Counted from the stretch's first letter, positions 28,596-39,068 are shown. The stretch: 64,000 nt of DNA from Planctomycetota bacterium (GCA_965248445.1 CBDFJG010000003.1:1536001-1600000); one strand, 5' to 3'. Notes: generated by a model not told the origin, from the letters alone. Program-made: numbers and translations.

Positions 28596-28952
28596 CCGCG
28601 ACTCAGCCAGACGACCACCGCGATCGCAGCAGCAGCGAACAGTCGAAGGGCGAGTCGACGAGCTTTCATGGTGGCGCACCCGCGAGCGAGGAGCGGCGCA
28701 AGGTTCGAATCGCTGCGCGATCTGCGGGCCGCGAGATTGCGAGTTGCACGGATGGCGCCGGTGTTGCAGCGGAGACCGACGCTCTTGCGTCCAGGTGTGT
28801 GTTGCGTATGGGCGCGACTCCCGAAGCGCGACGCGACAGCCACCCGTGCAAGAGACGGATCGGGATCGGAGCCCTCCCCACTTGAGCCGTCAGTTCTGTC
28901 CGGTCGTCCCCCCGGCGCGGCAGTACTCTTGTGGGGCAGCCAGGAGAGACGC

Positions 28953-31352
28953 ATGTCACCCCACGCGAAGATCAGCCCCCGTCCGGCCGCCCTGCTCGTC
29001 GCTACGCTCCTGGCCGCGTTGGGCCCCGCCTCACTCGCTCACGGCGACGTCGACGTCTCGGTCGGGAACGGCCAGAAGATCACAGGCACGCTCGACCCCG
29101 GCGACGAGACAGAGACCTTCCGCGTAAACATCCCGGCCAGGGCGCGGCTGTCCGTCACCGCGAAGGGGAAGAAGCAGAAGGGCTCGAAGGATGTGCCGCG
29201 GGTCGGCATCGAGGTCTTCGACGAGGAGGGCACAGACGTCGCTGCCGGGGAGATCGCCTCGTCCGGCAGCGGATCGAAGCTGCGAGGACTGACGATCGTG
29301 GTCAGTGGCGAGTACCGGGTGGTGATCGCGGGGAATGGCACGCCGGGCGCCTACAAGGCGAAGATCAAGTGGAAGGCGGCGCGCACCTTCCAGGACACCC
29401 TGCAGCTCGCCCCGGGCGAGCCGCAGGGTGTGACGTTGGACATCGACGCGGGGGCCGTCGTCTCGTTCAAGGCGGCTCCAAGCAAGGGCTCGCCCGTCCA
29501 GGCGCGCCTCGACCGCGCCGACCACGACGGAGGGACCGTCCACACGTTCACGCCGCCGACCGGCGGGGCGTCCTCCCACACCGAGAAGAAGGTCCCGTTC
29601 GACACCTTCGGCCGCCACACGGTGTTCCTGTCCGACGAAACCGGCGCGGGCGGCGGCACGACGTACAAGTTCAAGGTCAAGGCACCGAAGGGCGTCAAGA
29701 CGCCGGTGGACGTGACTGCGAAGTCAATTGCGGTGTCCGATGCGCGAGGCGGCGTCATCGGTCCTATGGGCGGAAGCGTCTCCCTGGACGACGCACCGCC
29801 CGGCTCGTCCCTCGAGCAGCTCGTCGGCGCGGGAATCGAGGTCGAGCCCGGCGCGGTCGGCAAGCCGACGACGTTCGTGTACGGCCGCGGCGCGGACATC
29901 ATCGAGATCCCGGGCGGGGACACGCGCCCAGCGGGACCGGCCGTCGCGTTCGGTCCGGCGGGCCTCTCGTTCGACGCGGACGTGCGCGTGATCCTGCCGT
30001 TCGACGCCTCGCGCTTCGACGATCCCGCCGACGTTCGCGTCGCGGTCCGCGACTCCCGCGGGCGGGTCTCCCTGGTCCCGGCCGCGAACATCACCGTCGA
30101 CCTCGTCTCGGGCATCGTCACCGTGATCGTGGCCCATTTCAGCGAGTACCAGGTTGTGCAGGACCGCGTGCCGCCAGTGCCCGGTGACCTCAACGCCGAC
30201 GGCGTGGGCGACGTGATCTGGAACATCGAGGGCGACAGCGTCCGGGTGTGGTTCGGTGGGAGCGCGAACCTGACGGGGGCGCGCCTCGACGCACCGGAGG
30301 CCCTCTTCACGCTGGCCGGACTCCTCACGCAGTTCGGGGACACCGTGGACACCGGAGACCTGAACGACGACGGCGTCGAGGACCTGGTGGTCGGCGCCTG
30401 GCAGGGCAACGGCTCCGGGCAGGTCTTCGTGTTCTTCGGCGGGCCGTCCTTCGGTGGCACGGGCGACGCGGCGGGCCTGGCCGATGTCGTCCTGACGACG
30501 GCGGACGGCTTCAACTACGGGCGCACGGTCGCCGTCGGCGACATCATCGGCGGCCCAGCCCCGGACCTGCTCGTGAACACCGGCGTGTTCTCGGAATTGC
30601 CACGCATCGTGATCTACGAGGGCGGCGCGAGCTTCGCGCCCGCGAACGCCGAGGACACCGACGTGGAGATCATCGCCAAGGACGTGTTCCAGCCCTTCGC
30701 CGAGTCGTTCCGTGTCGGCGACGTCAGCGGCGACGGCAAGGCCGATCTCGTCATCGGCTCCGCCGTCTCCGGCAGCCCGCCGCTGGACAACAGAGGCGGA
30801 CTGCGTGTGTTCCTCGGCCGAGTGGACTTCACCTCCCGGAGCGAGTCCCAGGCCGACATCAGCATCGACGGCAATGCGAACGACAGCATGGGATCGATCT
30901 CCGCTCTCGCCGACTTCGACAACGACGGTGTGCTCGACATCCTGACGACGGCGCGGCTGGAGGTCTCCGGCCCGCTCGTCAGGGTATACCGCGGCGGCGC
31001 CGCGCTGACGCCGGGCGCCGCACCGTTCGCGCAGATAACGGGCAGCGGGTCCTTTGGGCAGCGCATCGCGTTCGCGGACCTGAACAACGGCGGCCTGGCC
31101 GACGTCCTGGTGGGTGACTTCGGCAGCGTGTTCGCACTTGCCGGAAGCCCCACGCCCGTGTCGACCACGTCCGGTTCCGTCCCGTCACGCGGCACGGGCG
31201 GCGGCTTCATCAGCATCCGTGATGTCACCGGCGACGGCAACCTCGACCTGATCCTGGTCGAGAACTCCGGCATCTCGATCTTCGCCGGCCCGGTCCTCTT
31301 GACCGCGCTCAGCGGGCTGGGCGCCACGTTCCGCATCACGTCGAGCCCGTAG
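28953..31352 (+). CDS. Secreted FG-GAP (integrin-alpha) repeat protein
   Basis: RBS aggag and signal peptide; GDLNADGVGD, GDLNDDGVEDLVVGA, GDVSGDGKADL, ADFDNDGVLD; ZU5-like middle ending VAHFSEY. Confidence 0.85.
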   Translation: MSPHAKISPRPAALLVATLLAALGPASLAHGDVDVSVGNGQKITGTLDPGDETETFRVNIPARARLSVTAKGKKQKGSKDVPRVGIEVFDEEGTDVAAGEIASSGSGSKLRGLTIVVSGEYRVVIAGNGTPGAYKAKIKWKAARTFQDTLQLAPGEPQGVTLDIDAGAVVSFKAAPSKGSPVQARLDRADHDGGTVHTFTPPTGGASSHTEKKVPFDTFGRHTVFLSDETGAGGGTTYKFKVKAPKGVKTPVDVTAKSIAVSDARGGVIGPMGGSVSLDDAPPGSSLEQLVGAGIEVEPGAVGKPTTFVYGRGADIIEIPGGDTRPAGPAVAFGPAGLSFDADVRVILPFDASRFDDPADVRVAVRDSRGRVSLVPAANITVDLVSGIVTVIVAHFSEYQVVQDRVPPVPGDLNADGVGDVIWNIEGDSVRVWFGGSANLTGARLDAPEALFTLAGLLTQFGDTVDTGDLNDDGVEDLVVGAWQGNGSGQVFVFFGGPSFGGTGDAAGLADVVLTTADGFNYGRTVAVGDIIGGPAPDLLVNTGVFSELPRIVIYEGGASFAPANAEDTDVEIIAKDVFQPFAESFRVGDVSGDGKADLVIGSAVSGSPPLDNRGGLRVFLGRVDFTSRSESQADISIDGNANDSMGSISALADFDNDGVLDILTTARLEVSGPLVRVYRGGAALTPGAAPFAQITGSGSFGQRIAFADLNNGGLADVLVGDFGSVFALAGSPTPVSTTSGSVPSRGTGGGFISIRDVTGDGNLDLILVENSGISIFAGPVLLTALSGLGATFRITSSP

Positions 31353-31361
31353 CCGACGACG

Positions 31362-32417
31362 CTACGGCTCGAGGACGTCGACGTCCTCGACCCGCACGGT
31401 CTTCAACGCGTCGAGTTCACCGTCGGTGCGCCAGCTGTCCTGGCCAACGGAGCCGTCGTACTTGCTGTTGTGGCCCAACGTGCAGTTCGTCGTCACGAGC
31501 GCATCGTCGTCCTTGCCCAACAGGACCGTGAGCTTCCCGAACGTCGAGTTGGAAATGGTGACCGTGTCGTCCTTGTTGCCGAGGCCGATGGCCGCCTTCC
31601 CAGTGACATCGAGATCGTCGATCATCAGCTCCTGCTCGTGAGAGTTCGACTTCGCAGAGAAATTGCCGGTGACGTCGACGTCGTCGAGGAACAGGTCTAT
31701 GTCGGCACGGAGACTCACGTTCCCGTTGACGGCACAGCGCTCGAACATCACGTTCGAGCTGTTGATCTTCACCCCCAGCGAGAGCGCGCCCAGCGTGCAG
31801 TCGAGTACGGAGTACGTGGTATTGCGCCCGACAGTTCCGGCCTGCGCCCGGACGCTGATCTTCAGGGCCTTCGTGACGGTCGTGTTCGACACGATGACAT
31901 CATTCACCTCGTCCTTCACGCCGACCTTGGCTTTGATCGACTTCGCGACGGTGCAGTCGTCAACGACGAGGCTCGCGAACTGCCGCGCGCGGCCGAGGTC
32001 CACTTTCAGGTTGCTCGCAACGTCGAGTCCGGACAGGACGACGCCGCCGTTGACTCCGCCGAAGAAGTTGAGCTTGCGAACCGACGCACGGGGGATACCG
32101 GCACCCGGCGTGTTCGCCGTGAATCGAACGCGGCTGGTCCGGGCGAAGCGCCGTCTCCTGTCGCCGTCGACATCGTCGGTGACGAACGGGTCCGTGCCGC
32201 CGTTCAGCGTCGTCTCGCCCAAGCCGTCGATCTGGATGCCGGTCGTAGTAGGTGTGATCGTCACCTCGACGTCGCCGCCCACCTGACCAGTCATCGTGAG
32301 ATGACCGCTCTTCACCTTGACGGCCACGTTGTCGGCGTATGCACTCGAGACAAGCGCGAGCGCCACGACCCCGAATGCGAGTCCACGAATCACGCGAGCG
32401 CTGCGAAGTGTAAGCAT
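31362..32417 (-). CDS. Secreted hypothetical beta-rich protein, tandem paralog B
   Basis: Signal peptide ending ALVSSAYA-DNV; colinear with 32492-33544. Confidence 0.75.
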   Translation of the reverse strand: MLTLRSARVIRGLAFGVVALALVSSAYADNVAVKVKSGHLTMTGQVGGDVEVTITPTTTGIQIDGLGETTLNGGTDPFVTDDVDGDRRRRFARTSRVRFTANTPGAGIPRASVRKLNFFGGVNGGVVLSGLDVASNLKVDLGRARQFASLVVDDCTVAKSIKAKVGVKDEVNDVIVSNTTVTKALKISVRAQAGTVGRNTTYSVLDCTLGALSLGVKINSSNVMFERCAVNGNVSLRADIDLFLDDVDVTGNFSAKSNSHEQELMIDDLDVTGKAAIGLGNKDDTVTISNSTFGKLTVLLGKDDDALVTTNCTLGHNSKYDGSVGQDSWRTDGELDALKTVRVEDVDVLEP

Positions 32418-32491
32418 GATCCCTGTCTCTTGGCGGGCAGTAGGTTGGGGGCGGGCCGCTGCGCCCGCCCGCGATCGGACGATGCCGCTTG

Positions 32492-33544
32492 CTACTCCAG
32501 CGTGTCGATGTCCTCGACCCGCACGGTCTTGATCTCGTTGAGCGCGCCCGTCGTGCGCCAGCTGTCGTTCCCGAACGAGCCGTCGTACTTGCTCTTGGTG
32601 CCGAGCACAGAGTCTGCCGTCACGAGCTCGTCGTTCCCCTTGCCCGTCGTGACGATGAGCTTCCCGAACGTCGAGCCGTTGATGTCGATGAGATCGTCTT
32701 CGACGCCGACGACTATGACCGCCTTCCCCGTGACGTCGAGGGACTCGATGAACAGCTCCTGCTCGTGGAGGTTCGCCTTGGCGGAGAAGTTTCCGCCCAC
32801 GCCCACGTCGTCCAGGAACAGGTCCATGTCCGCGCGGAAGTTCAGGTTGCCGGCGACGTCGCACCGCTCCATTGTCACGTTCGAGCTGTTGACTTTGACG
32901 CCCAGGGACATCGATCCGAGCGTGAGGTCCGTGAACACGAAGTCGGTGTTGCGGCCCGCGGTCCCAACTTGCGCCACGGCGTTGACCTTGAGCGCCTTGG
33001 CGACGGTCGTATCCGCGATGGCGACGGTGTCGATCTCATCGCGCACCCCGATCTTGGCCTTGATGGACTTCCCGACGCTGCAGCCCACGATCTCGAGGCT
33101 CGCGTTCTGACGCGCACGGGCCAGATCGACCTTCAGGTTGCTCTCGACGTCGACCTGATTCAGGACCAGGCCGGCGTTGATCCCGGCGAAGAAGTTCAGC
33201 TTGCGCACCGAGGCGCGCGGATCCTCACCGGAGGGGCCGTTCACCGTGAGCCGCACGCGGTCGGTGCGCGCGAAGCGCAGCCGCCAGTCGCGCGTGACCT
33301 CGTCCGTGACGAACGGGTCGCCCGACCCGTTGATCGTGGTGGTGTCAACGCCTTCGATCTGGATGCCGGTCGCGGTCGGCGTAATCGTCACCTCGACATC
33401 GCCGCCGACCTGTCCGGTCAGCGTCAGGTGGCCGTTCTTGACCTTGGCGTTCACGTTGTCGGCGTACGCACTCGAGACGAGCGCGAGTGCCATGGCACCG
33501 AACACGAAGCCACGAATCAAACGAGTTCGAAACGGTCTGAGCAT
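32492..33544 (-). CDS. Secreted hypothetical beta-rich protein, tandem paralog A
   Basis: RBS aaggag; shares blocks ALVSSAYADNV, TGQVGGDVEVTITPT, PRASVRKLNFF, SKYDGS and KTVRVED with paralog B. Confidence 0.78.
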   Translation of the reverse strand: MLRPFRTRLIRGFVFGAMALALVSSAYADNVNAKVKNGHLTLTGQVGGDVEVTITPTATGIQIEGVDTTTINGSGDPFVTDEVTRDWRLRFARTDRVRLTVNGPSGEDPRASVRKLNFFAGINAGLVLNQVDVESNLKVDLARARQNASLEIVGCSVGKSIKAKIGVRDEIDTVAIADTTVAKALKVNAVAQVGTAGRNTDFVFTDLTLGSMSLGVKVNSSNVTMERCDVAGNLNFRADMDLFLDDVGVGGNFSAKANLHEQELFIESLDVTGKAVIVVGVEDDLIDINGSTFGKLIVTTGKGNDELVTADSVLGTKSKYDGSFGNDSWRTTGALNEIKTVRVEDIDTLE

Positions 33545-33638
33545 GATCCCTCTCTCTCCTTCGGGCGGCTGCGATGTCGCCCGGCCGTCCGCAGCCTAGC
33601 CGTGATCGGCAGAACTGCTGGGAATGCCCGGTCCGGCG

Positions 33639-34364
33639 CTATTCGGAGTTGTACCGCAGTCCCCTCACCCGGCGTGCGGGACCCTCCAGGCAGAGGGCTC
33701 CGACGTAACTGCGATGCGGTCTCAGGTGGATCAGCGTCCAGCGGCGCCGTTCGGGCGGCTCGAAGCGTGTCGCGACGACGCGCGGCACCTCGTCGCTGAG
33801 CAGCGTCACGTCAAACTGGTGGAGCGGGGTCATCAAGCCGGTTCCGCGAGCCTTGAGCAGCGCCTCCTTGCGCGTCCAGCAACGGAAGAACGCCGCGTGC
33901 GGGTCGACCGCCCGTGCCAGGCGCTTCCGCTCCGCCGGTGAGAAGAACCGCTCCCCCACTCCCGAGTGATCGATGTCGTCACGCACGAGCTCGACGTCTA
34001 CGCCGAGCACGCCCCTGCGCGTCATCGCCACGAGCAGGAGGTCGCCGGAGTGCGTCACGTTGAACTCGATCGCGCTCTCGTCGTCGACGAGCGACGGCCG
34101 CCCGTCCTTGCTGTACTCGAACGCGAGATCGCTGGGATCTGTGCCGGTGTAGAGGCCCAGCAGCCGCCGCAAGGTGCCGCGCGAGACGACGGACTGCTCG
34201 CGCTTCTCCGGCACCACGATTCGGTCGGCCTTGGCGATCTCGTCCGCCGCGAGCAGAGAGCGCATCGCGCGACGGACCCGCGACGGGACCCGCAGTGGCG
34301 CGGACCACACGTGCACATCCGTGCCGGTCAGGCCCGGGCGCCCGGCGGGCGCGCGCCACCTCAT
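33639..34364 (-). CDS. Sfp-type 4'-phosphopantetheinyl transferase
   Basis: FNVTHSG, LGVDVE, WTRKEALLKARGTGL; ATGA overlap with oleD. Confidence 0.92.
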   Translation of the reverse strand: MRWRAPAGRPGLTGTDVHVWSAPLRVPSRVRRAMRSLLAADEIAKADRIVVPEKREQSVVSRGTLRRLLGLYTGTDPSDLAFEYSKDGRPSLVDDESAIEFNVTHSGDLLLVAMTRRGVLGVDVELVRDDIDHSGVGERFFSPAERKRLARAVDPHAAFFRCWTRKEALLKARGTGLMTPLHQFDVTLLSDEVPRVVATRFEPPERRRWTLIHLRPHRSYVGALCLEGPARRVRGLRYNSE

Positions 34365-35356
34365 GCGCTGCTCTCCGCAAGCCAGGCTGCGAGGCGCTCC
34401 AGGCCCTCGTCCGTGGAGACCTGCGGGTCGTAGCCGAGGTCGCGCTTGGCCGCCGTCAGGTCGAACCAGTGCGACGTCGCGAGCTGTTTGGCGACGAAGC
34501 GCGTCATCGGCGGCTCCTCCTCGCGCCCGATCAGGTCGTAGTACGCCTCGAGTGCCGCGCCGACCGCATACGCGATGCTGGGGGCGATGGTGCGCGCCAC
34601 GGGTTGCACGCCGCCCGCTGCGAGGATGCGATCGATCAACTCCCACACGACGATGGGCTCGTCGTTCGCGATGAAGTACGGCTTCCCCGCGCACGGCGCA
34701 CCCGGGCCGAGACGGTCCGCGGCCTGGATGTGCGCGTCGGCGGCGTTCTCGACGTACGTGGCGTCGATGAGGCAGTCGCGCGTTCCGACCCGCCGCAGCT
34801 TTCCGGCCCTGCCCCGCTCGAGCAGCCGCGGCACCAGATGGTTGTCATGCGGCCCCCACACGAGATGCGGGCGAAGGGCGACCGTCGAGAGCTGCGGATT
34901 GTTGGCGGCCAGGACGTTCTGCTCGGCGCGCGCCTTCGTCGCCGGGTACGCGCACAGGAAGCGCTGCGCGTACGGCGCGCTCTCGTCCACGCCCTCCTGG
35001 TCGGTGCCGTCGTGGATGACGCTCGGTGTACTCGTGTGGACCAACTTCGTGACGCCGTGCTTGCGGCAGGCGTCGAGCACGTTGCGCGTCCCCTTGACAT
35101 TGGCTGCGTGATAGTCCTCGTCCGGTCCCCACACACCGGCCTTCGCCGCAACGTGGAAGACGATATCGACGCCTTTCACGGCGTCGTGCACGGCGTCGGC
35201 ATCGGCGATGTCGCCCCGCCGTGCGTCGACACCGAACTCCTCGAGCCACGGATACGCGCTCCTGTTGATCGTCCGGACCTCGTCGCCGCGAGCCGTCAGC
35301 TTCCGCACGATCCACCCGCCGAGGAAGCCGCCGCCGCCGGTGATCAATGCCTTCAT
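34361..35356 (-). CDS. oleD: 2-alkyl-3-oxoalkanoate reductase (3-beta-HSD-like SDR)
   Basis: MKALITGGGGFLG, FHVAAKAGVWG, HTSTPSV, YPATKA, LRPHLVWGP; operon position. Confidence 0.88.
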   Translation of the reverse strand: MKALITGGGGFLGGWIVRKLTARGDEVRTINRSAYPWLEEFGVDARRGDIADADAVHDAVKGVDIVFHVAAKAGVWGPDEDYHAANVKGTRNVLDACRKHGVTKLVHTSTPSVIHDGTDQEGVDESAPYAQRFLCAYPATKARAEQNVLAANNPQLSTVALRPHLVWGPHDNHLVPRLLERGRAGKLRRVGTRDCLIDATYVENAADAHIQAADRLGPGAPCAGKPYFIANDEPIVVWELIDRILAAGGVQPVARTIAPSIAYAVGAALEAYYDLIGREEEPPMTRFVAKQLATSHWFDLTAAKRDLGYDPQVSTDEGLERLAAWLAESSA

Positions 35357-36972
35357 CCGTACAGCTTCTTCTGCGCCCACGCGGCGAGCAACTCCCGCCG
35401 GATCTTGGCGTTGTGGCGGGGGTCGACGGGGAAGCCCCTGTGCTCCAACGCATGCCGGAGCAGGGCGAATTCGGGACGCTCGCGTGCAACGGAAGCGATG
35501 CGTGCCGAGACCGGAGTCGGCGCAGGGCGGCCCGACATGCGCTCGAACACGAGGACTGCCTCGCGGCCCTGCGGCCCGTCCACGCCCACGAGCGCCGTGC
35601 GCACATCCACTGTGTCGAGCACTCGTTCGATCGGGATCGTGAAGAGCGTCCGCCCTGCCAGCACCACTCGGTGCGCCTTGCGGCCGCAGTACCAGATCCG
35701 TCCGGCTTCGTCGAAGTAGCCGACGTCCCCCATGCGGTGCCAGATCGAGTCCGTGTCCCGGATCTTCGCGTGTTGCGTCTTCTCCGGCTCGTCCGCGTAC
35801 GAGAGCGTCACCGACGGGCCGCGCACGCAAATTTCGCCGATCTCACCGGCCGGGACCGGGAGGTCGTCGGACCACGACTCGATCCGATCGTCGGAGATCC
35901 CGATGATGCGCACCTCGCTCGGCGCGGTGGGCCGGCCGACGCAGACACCGGCGCCGTCACGCGTCTTCGCCGCCGTCTCGCCCAAGATCTCCGCATCCTG
36001 AATCGTCGCAACGGGGAGCGCCTCGGTGGCTCCGTACGGGGTGTGCACCGGAGTGGTCGGCGGCAACACGTCGCGCAGGTCCTGCAGCACCTGGGCCGGC
36101 ACGGGAGCGCCGGCCGAGATGACCCTGCGGAGCGTGCGGACGTCGACGGGATCGAACTCCCCCGCGACCCGCCGCAGCAGGGCGGGCGAACCGAACAGGT
36201 TCGTCACGCCGAAGCGCGCAATCGGCGCGGTGATCTCGTCCGGATCCACGCTGCCGGGCTTCGTGAAGTCCATCTTCGGCACGACGGTCGTCATCCCGAG
36301 CGCGGGATCGAACAGCGCAAACAACGGGAACGTCGGCAGGTTGATCTCACCGGGCTCGATGCCGTACAGCTCCTTCAGCATCGCGACCTGCGCATTGAAC
36401 GTGCGATGCGTGTAAACCGCGCCCTTCGGCGATCCGGTGCTGCCACTCGTGAAGATGATCGCAGCGGGCTCGTCCATGCCGATGTCCACGAGTGGGCTGC
36501 GACCCGAGACATGGCCGAGCCGGCGGACCTGCTCGAGCGTCTGACAACCGGGGAGGTAGTTGGGTCCCACCCACACGGTCTTGGTGACGCTGCCCTTCGC
36601 CCAGCCCGCGAGCTTCCGCGCGAGGTGCGCCTTGATCACGCCGATGAACGCCTCGGGCTTCACGCGATCGAGGGACGTCTTCAACGCAGCGAGGCCCATA
36701 CCGGGGTCGAGCAGCACGGGGATCGCACCGCACTTGAAGAGTCCGAAGAACAGCGCGAACAGATCGCGGCCGGGCGTCACGAACAGAGCAGTCCGCACGC
36801 CCTTGCCGATCCCGATCTCGGTGAGTCCCCGGGCGATGCTGTCGCTGTCCGCATCCAACTCGCGGTACGAGATCGTCCAGTAGTCACCACCGGAGGGGAC
36901 GATCAGCGCAGGCAGGTCAGGCTGCGTCCGCGCCAGCTCGGTCAGGTGCCGCGCAATGCTGGCGTGGCTCAT
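35353..36972 (-). CDS. oleC: Olefin beta-lactone synthetase (AMP-dependent ligase)
   Basis: FTSGSTGSPKG, TPYGATEALP, WHRMGDVG, PVDPRHNAKI. Confidence 0.9.
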   Translation of the reverse strand: MSHASIARHLTELARTQPDLPALIVPSGGDYWTISYRELDADSDSIARGLTEIGIGKGVRTALFVTPGRDLFALFFGLFKCGAIPVLLDPGMGLAALKTSLDRVKPEAFIGVIKAHLARKLAGWAKGSVTKTVWVGPNYLPGCQTLEQVRRLGHVSGRSPLVDIGMDEPAAIIFTSGSTGSPKGAVYTHRTFNAQVAMLKELYGIEPGEINLPTFPLFALFDPALGMTTVVPKMDFTKPGSVDPDEITAPIARFGVTNLFGSPALLRRVAGEFDPVDVRTLRRVISAGAPVPAQVLQDLRDVLPPTTPVHTPYGATEALPVATIQDAEILGETAAKTRDGAGVCVGRPTAPSEVRIIGISDDRIESWSDDLPVPAGEIGEICVRGPSVTLSYADEPEKTQHAKIRDTDSIWHRMGDVGYFDEAGRIWYCGRKAHRVVLAGRTLFTIPIERVLDTVDVRTALVGVDGPQGREAVLVFERMSGRPAPTPVSARIASVARERPEFALLRHALEHRGFPVDPRHNAKIRRELLAAWAQKKLYG

Positions 36973-37862
36973 TCCGGACCGACGGGGTGACGCAGGAGGA
37001 AGTCGCGCACGAGCGGCGCAATCTCCTCCCCCGCGTCCTCCAGCACGTAGTGGCCGGCGTTCTCGAAGCGGTGCACCTCGGCGTCCGGGAAGCGGCGCTC
37101 CCATTCCTCGCGGAACACGGCGTCGAAAACGAAGTCCTGCTCACCCCAGCAGATGAGCGTGGGCCGCGACGACAAGTCACTGAGCGACGCCTCAGTCCAC
37201 TCCACGATGTCGTAGCCCGCGTCCTGTGGCGAAAGCGGGATGGTCTTCACGAATTCGTGGATCGCAACGCGGTTGGCCCACGAGTCGTACGGACGCTCGT
37301 ACATCGCGCGAACCTCGTCGGGCAGCGGCTTCACCGTGCAGGTACTCGACGCGCCTTTCACGAACGCGTTGAACCCGCGCGTGATCAGTCCTCCGACGAG
37401 CGGATTGCGGCACGCCGCAATCTGCCACGGCAGTTTTGTGCCCTTTGGATTGCGAAAGGCCGCCGTGTTCAGCACGACGAGGCGTGCGACACGGGACGGA
37501 TCACGTGCCGCCCAGGCCATGCCGATCATGCCGCCCCAGTCGTGCACGACCAGCGTGACCCGCTTGGCCGCGCCTGCCTGCACCAGGACGGACTCGAGGT
37601 CGTCCACGCGGCGACGCAACGAGTAGTCGTAGTCCTCGCTGGACGGCTTGTCCGAGAGGCCGCAGCCGACGTGGTCGATCGCGATCACGCGGTGGTCGCT
37701 GCGCAGTTCCTGAACGAGTCGGCGGTAGTAGAACGACCAGGTGGGGTTGCCGTGGACCATCACGACCGGCGGAGCGTCCCGCGGCCCCTCGTCCACGTAG
37801 TGCTGCCGCACCCCGCCGTGGTCCACGAACTGCCCCTCGAAGGGGTACAGTTCCGACTTCAC
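36969..37862 (-). CDS. oleB: Beta-lactone decarboxylase (haloalkane-dehalogenase-like alpha/beta hydrolase)
   Basis: HGNPTWSFYYR, DHVGCGLSDKP, VHDWGG, WGEQDFVF, AGHYVLED; lies between oleA and oleC. Confidence 0.88.
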   Translation of the reverse strand: MKSELYPFEGQFVDHGGVRQHYVDEGPRDAPPVVMVHGNPTWSFYYRRLVQELRSDHRVIAIDHVGCGLSDKPSSEDYDYSLRRRVDDLESVLVQAGAAKRVTLVVHDWGGMIGMAWAARDPSRVARLVVLNTAAFRNPKGTKLPWQIAACRNPLVGGLITRGFNAFVKGASSTCTVKPLPDEVRAMYERPYDSWANRVAIHEFVKTIPLSPQDAGYDIVEWTEASLSDLSSRPTLICWGEQDFVFDAVFREEWERRFPDAEVHRFENAGHYVLEDAGEEIAPLVRDFLLRHPVGPE

Positions 37863-38905
37863 CACCGGCATCCGAGCATCAGGCAGTTCAGCCCGCTCCC
37901 GATCCCGAGGAAGCCGACGTTCTGGCCCTCCTTCAGGACGCCGCGCTCCTCTGCCAGGGCCGCCGTCAACGGAAGCGCGACCGTGCCCATGTTCCCGAGG
38001 AACGGATACGTGACGTAGTCCTTGTCGTCACTCAAACCCGTGCCCGCGAGCATCGCTTCGCGGTGCGCGCGGCCGATCTGGTGCGCAACCCAGCGATCGA
38101 CGTCGTCGAGCGTCCACTCCATCTCGCGCAGGAGGTCGTGCCACGTCGCCGTGAACAGCGCCTCGCCGTGCTTGAGGACACCGATCGCATCGGTCTGCGC
38201 GTACTCCTCGACGTGCGGACCGCCAGCGACCTCGCGGACGCCCCAGCGGCACAGGCGATGGTGCGCCGGCTCGGCTCGCTGCACCGCGCCGAGGATGCGC
38301 CGCCGGTCTCCTTCACCGAACGACCCGTCGGTGACGAGAACGGCCGCGGCACCCGAGCCGCCGGTCAGCGTCGTCAGCGAACCTCGGAACGCTTCCATCG
38401 TCGGTGCGGCGAGGAGCCGCTCGACGGTGAGTTCGTTGATGCGCCGAGCGCTCTCGCACGCGACGACGAGGCCCGCACGAATCTGTCCGAGCTCGATCCG
38501 GTTGCTGACGTCGATGATCCCGTTGACGACGCCGAGGCACGCGTTCGATACGTCGTACACCGCGGCGTCCGGCGCGCACCCGATCACCGCCGCGACATCA
38601 CACGCGGTGGCCGGCTCGAAGTCCTCGCGGCACACGCCGCAGTACAGGAGTGCGCCGATATCCGACGGCGCGACGGAGGAGGCGGCGAGGGCCTTTTCAG
38701 CCGCTCGGATCGCGCCCTCGGAGACCGAGAACCCGCGTTCCCACCAGCGCCGCTCCTCGATCCCCGTCCACGTGACCAGTTGTCCCTCGGGGATGCGGAG
38801 TGCCGCGAAGAGCGGTGCCAGACGATCCTCGAGTTCCGCCGTGGTGACCACGACGGGCGCGAGTTCGTACGCCAGGGAGGCGATCCGGGCCTTCGAGAAG
38901 CGCAT
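37859..38905 (-). CDS. oleA: Acyl-CoA condensing enzyme (FabH/thiolase-like)
   Basis: FEPATA (Glu), SNACLG (Cys), AHQIG, LGNMG, GIGSGLNC. Confidence 0.9.
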   Translation of the reverse strand: MRFSKARIASLAYELAPVVVTTAELEDRLAPLFAALRIPEGQLVTWTGIEERRWWERGFSVSEGAIRAAEKALAASSVAPSDIGALLYCGVCREDFEPATACDVAAVIGCAPDAAVYDVSNACLGVVNGIIDVSNRIELGQIRAGLVVACESARRINELTVERLLAAPTMEAFRGSLTTLTGGSGAAAVLVTDGSFGEGDRRRILGAVQRAEPAHHRLCRWGVREVAGGPHVEEYAQTDAIGVLKHGEALFTATWHDLLREMEWTLDDVDRWVAHQIGRAHREAMLAGTGLSDDKDYVTYPFLGNMGTVALPLTAALAEERGVLKEGQNVGFLGIGSGLNCLMLGCRW

Positions 38906-39068
38906 GACCGAGCGATCCTACCGACCCTGCCTGGGGCACGTGCGGGAGGTTCGGGGGACCTGGGTCGCGGTGCGGGAGACCACTCGCGCCGACACCCGTT
39001 GCCGCCTCGCCGTCCGCTGCTACGCTTGAACGCGGGAAGGTTGGGGATGATCGGGGAAGGAGCCTCTC

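Noticed and set aside
28592..28669. 25-aa hydrophobic mini-ORF MKARRLALRLFAAAAIAVVVWLSRG on the minus strand
   Set aside because: Could be a signal-peptide remnant, but it has no clear RBS and is too short to support.
28685..28720. GGTTCGAATC resembling a tRNA T-loop
   Set aside because: The flanks do not form a 5-bp T stem and there is no cloverleaf.
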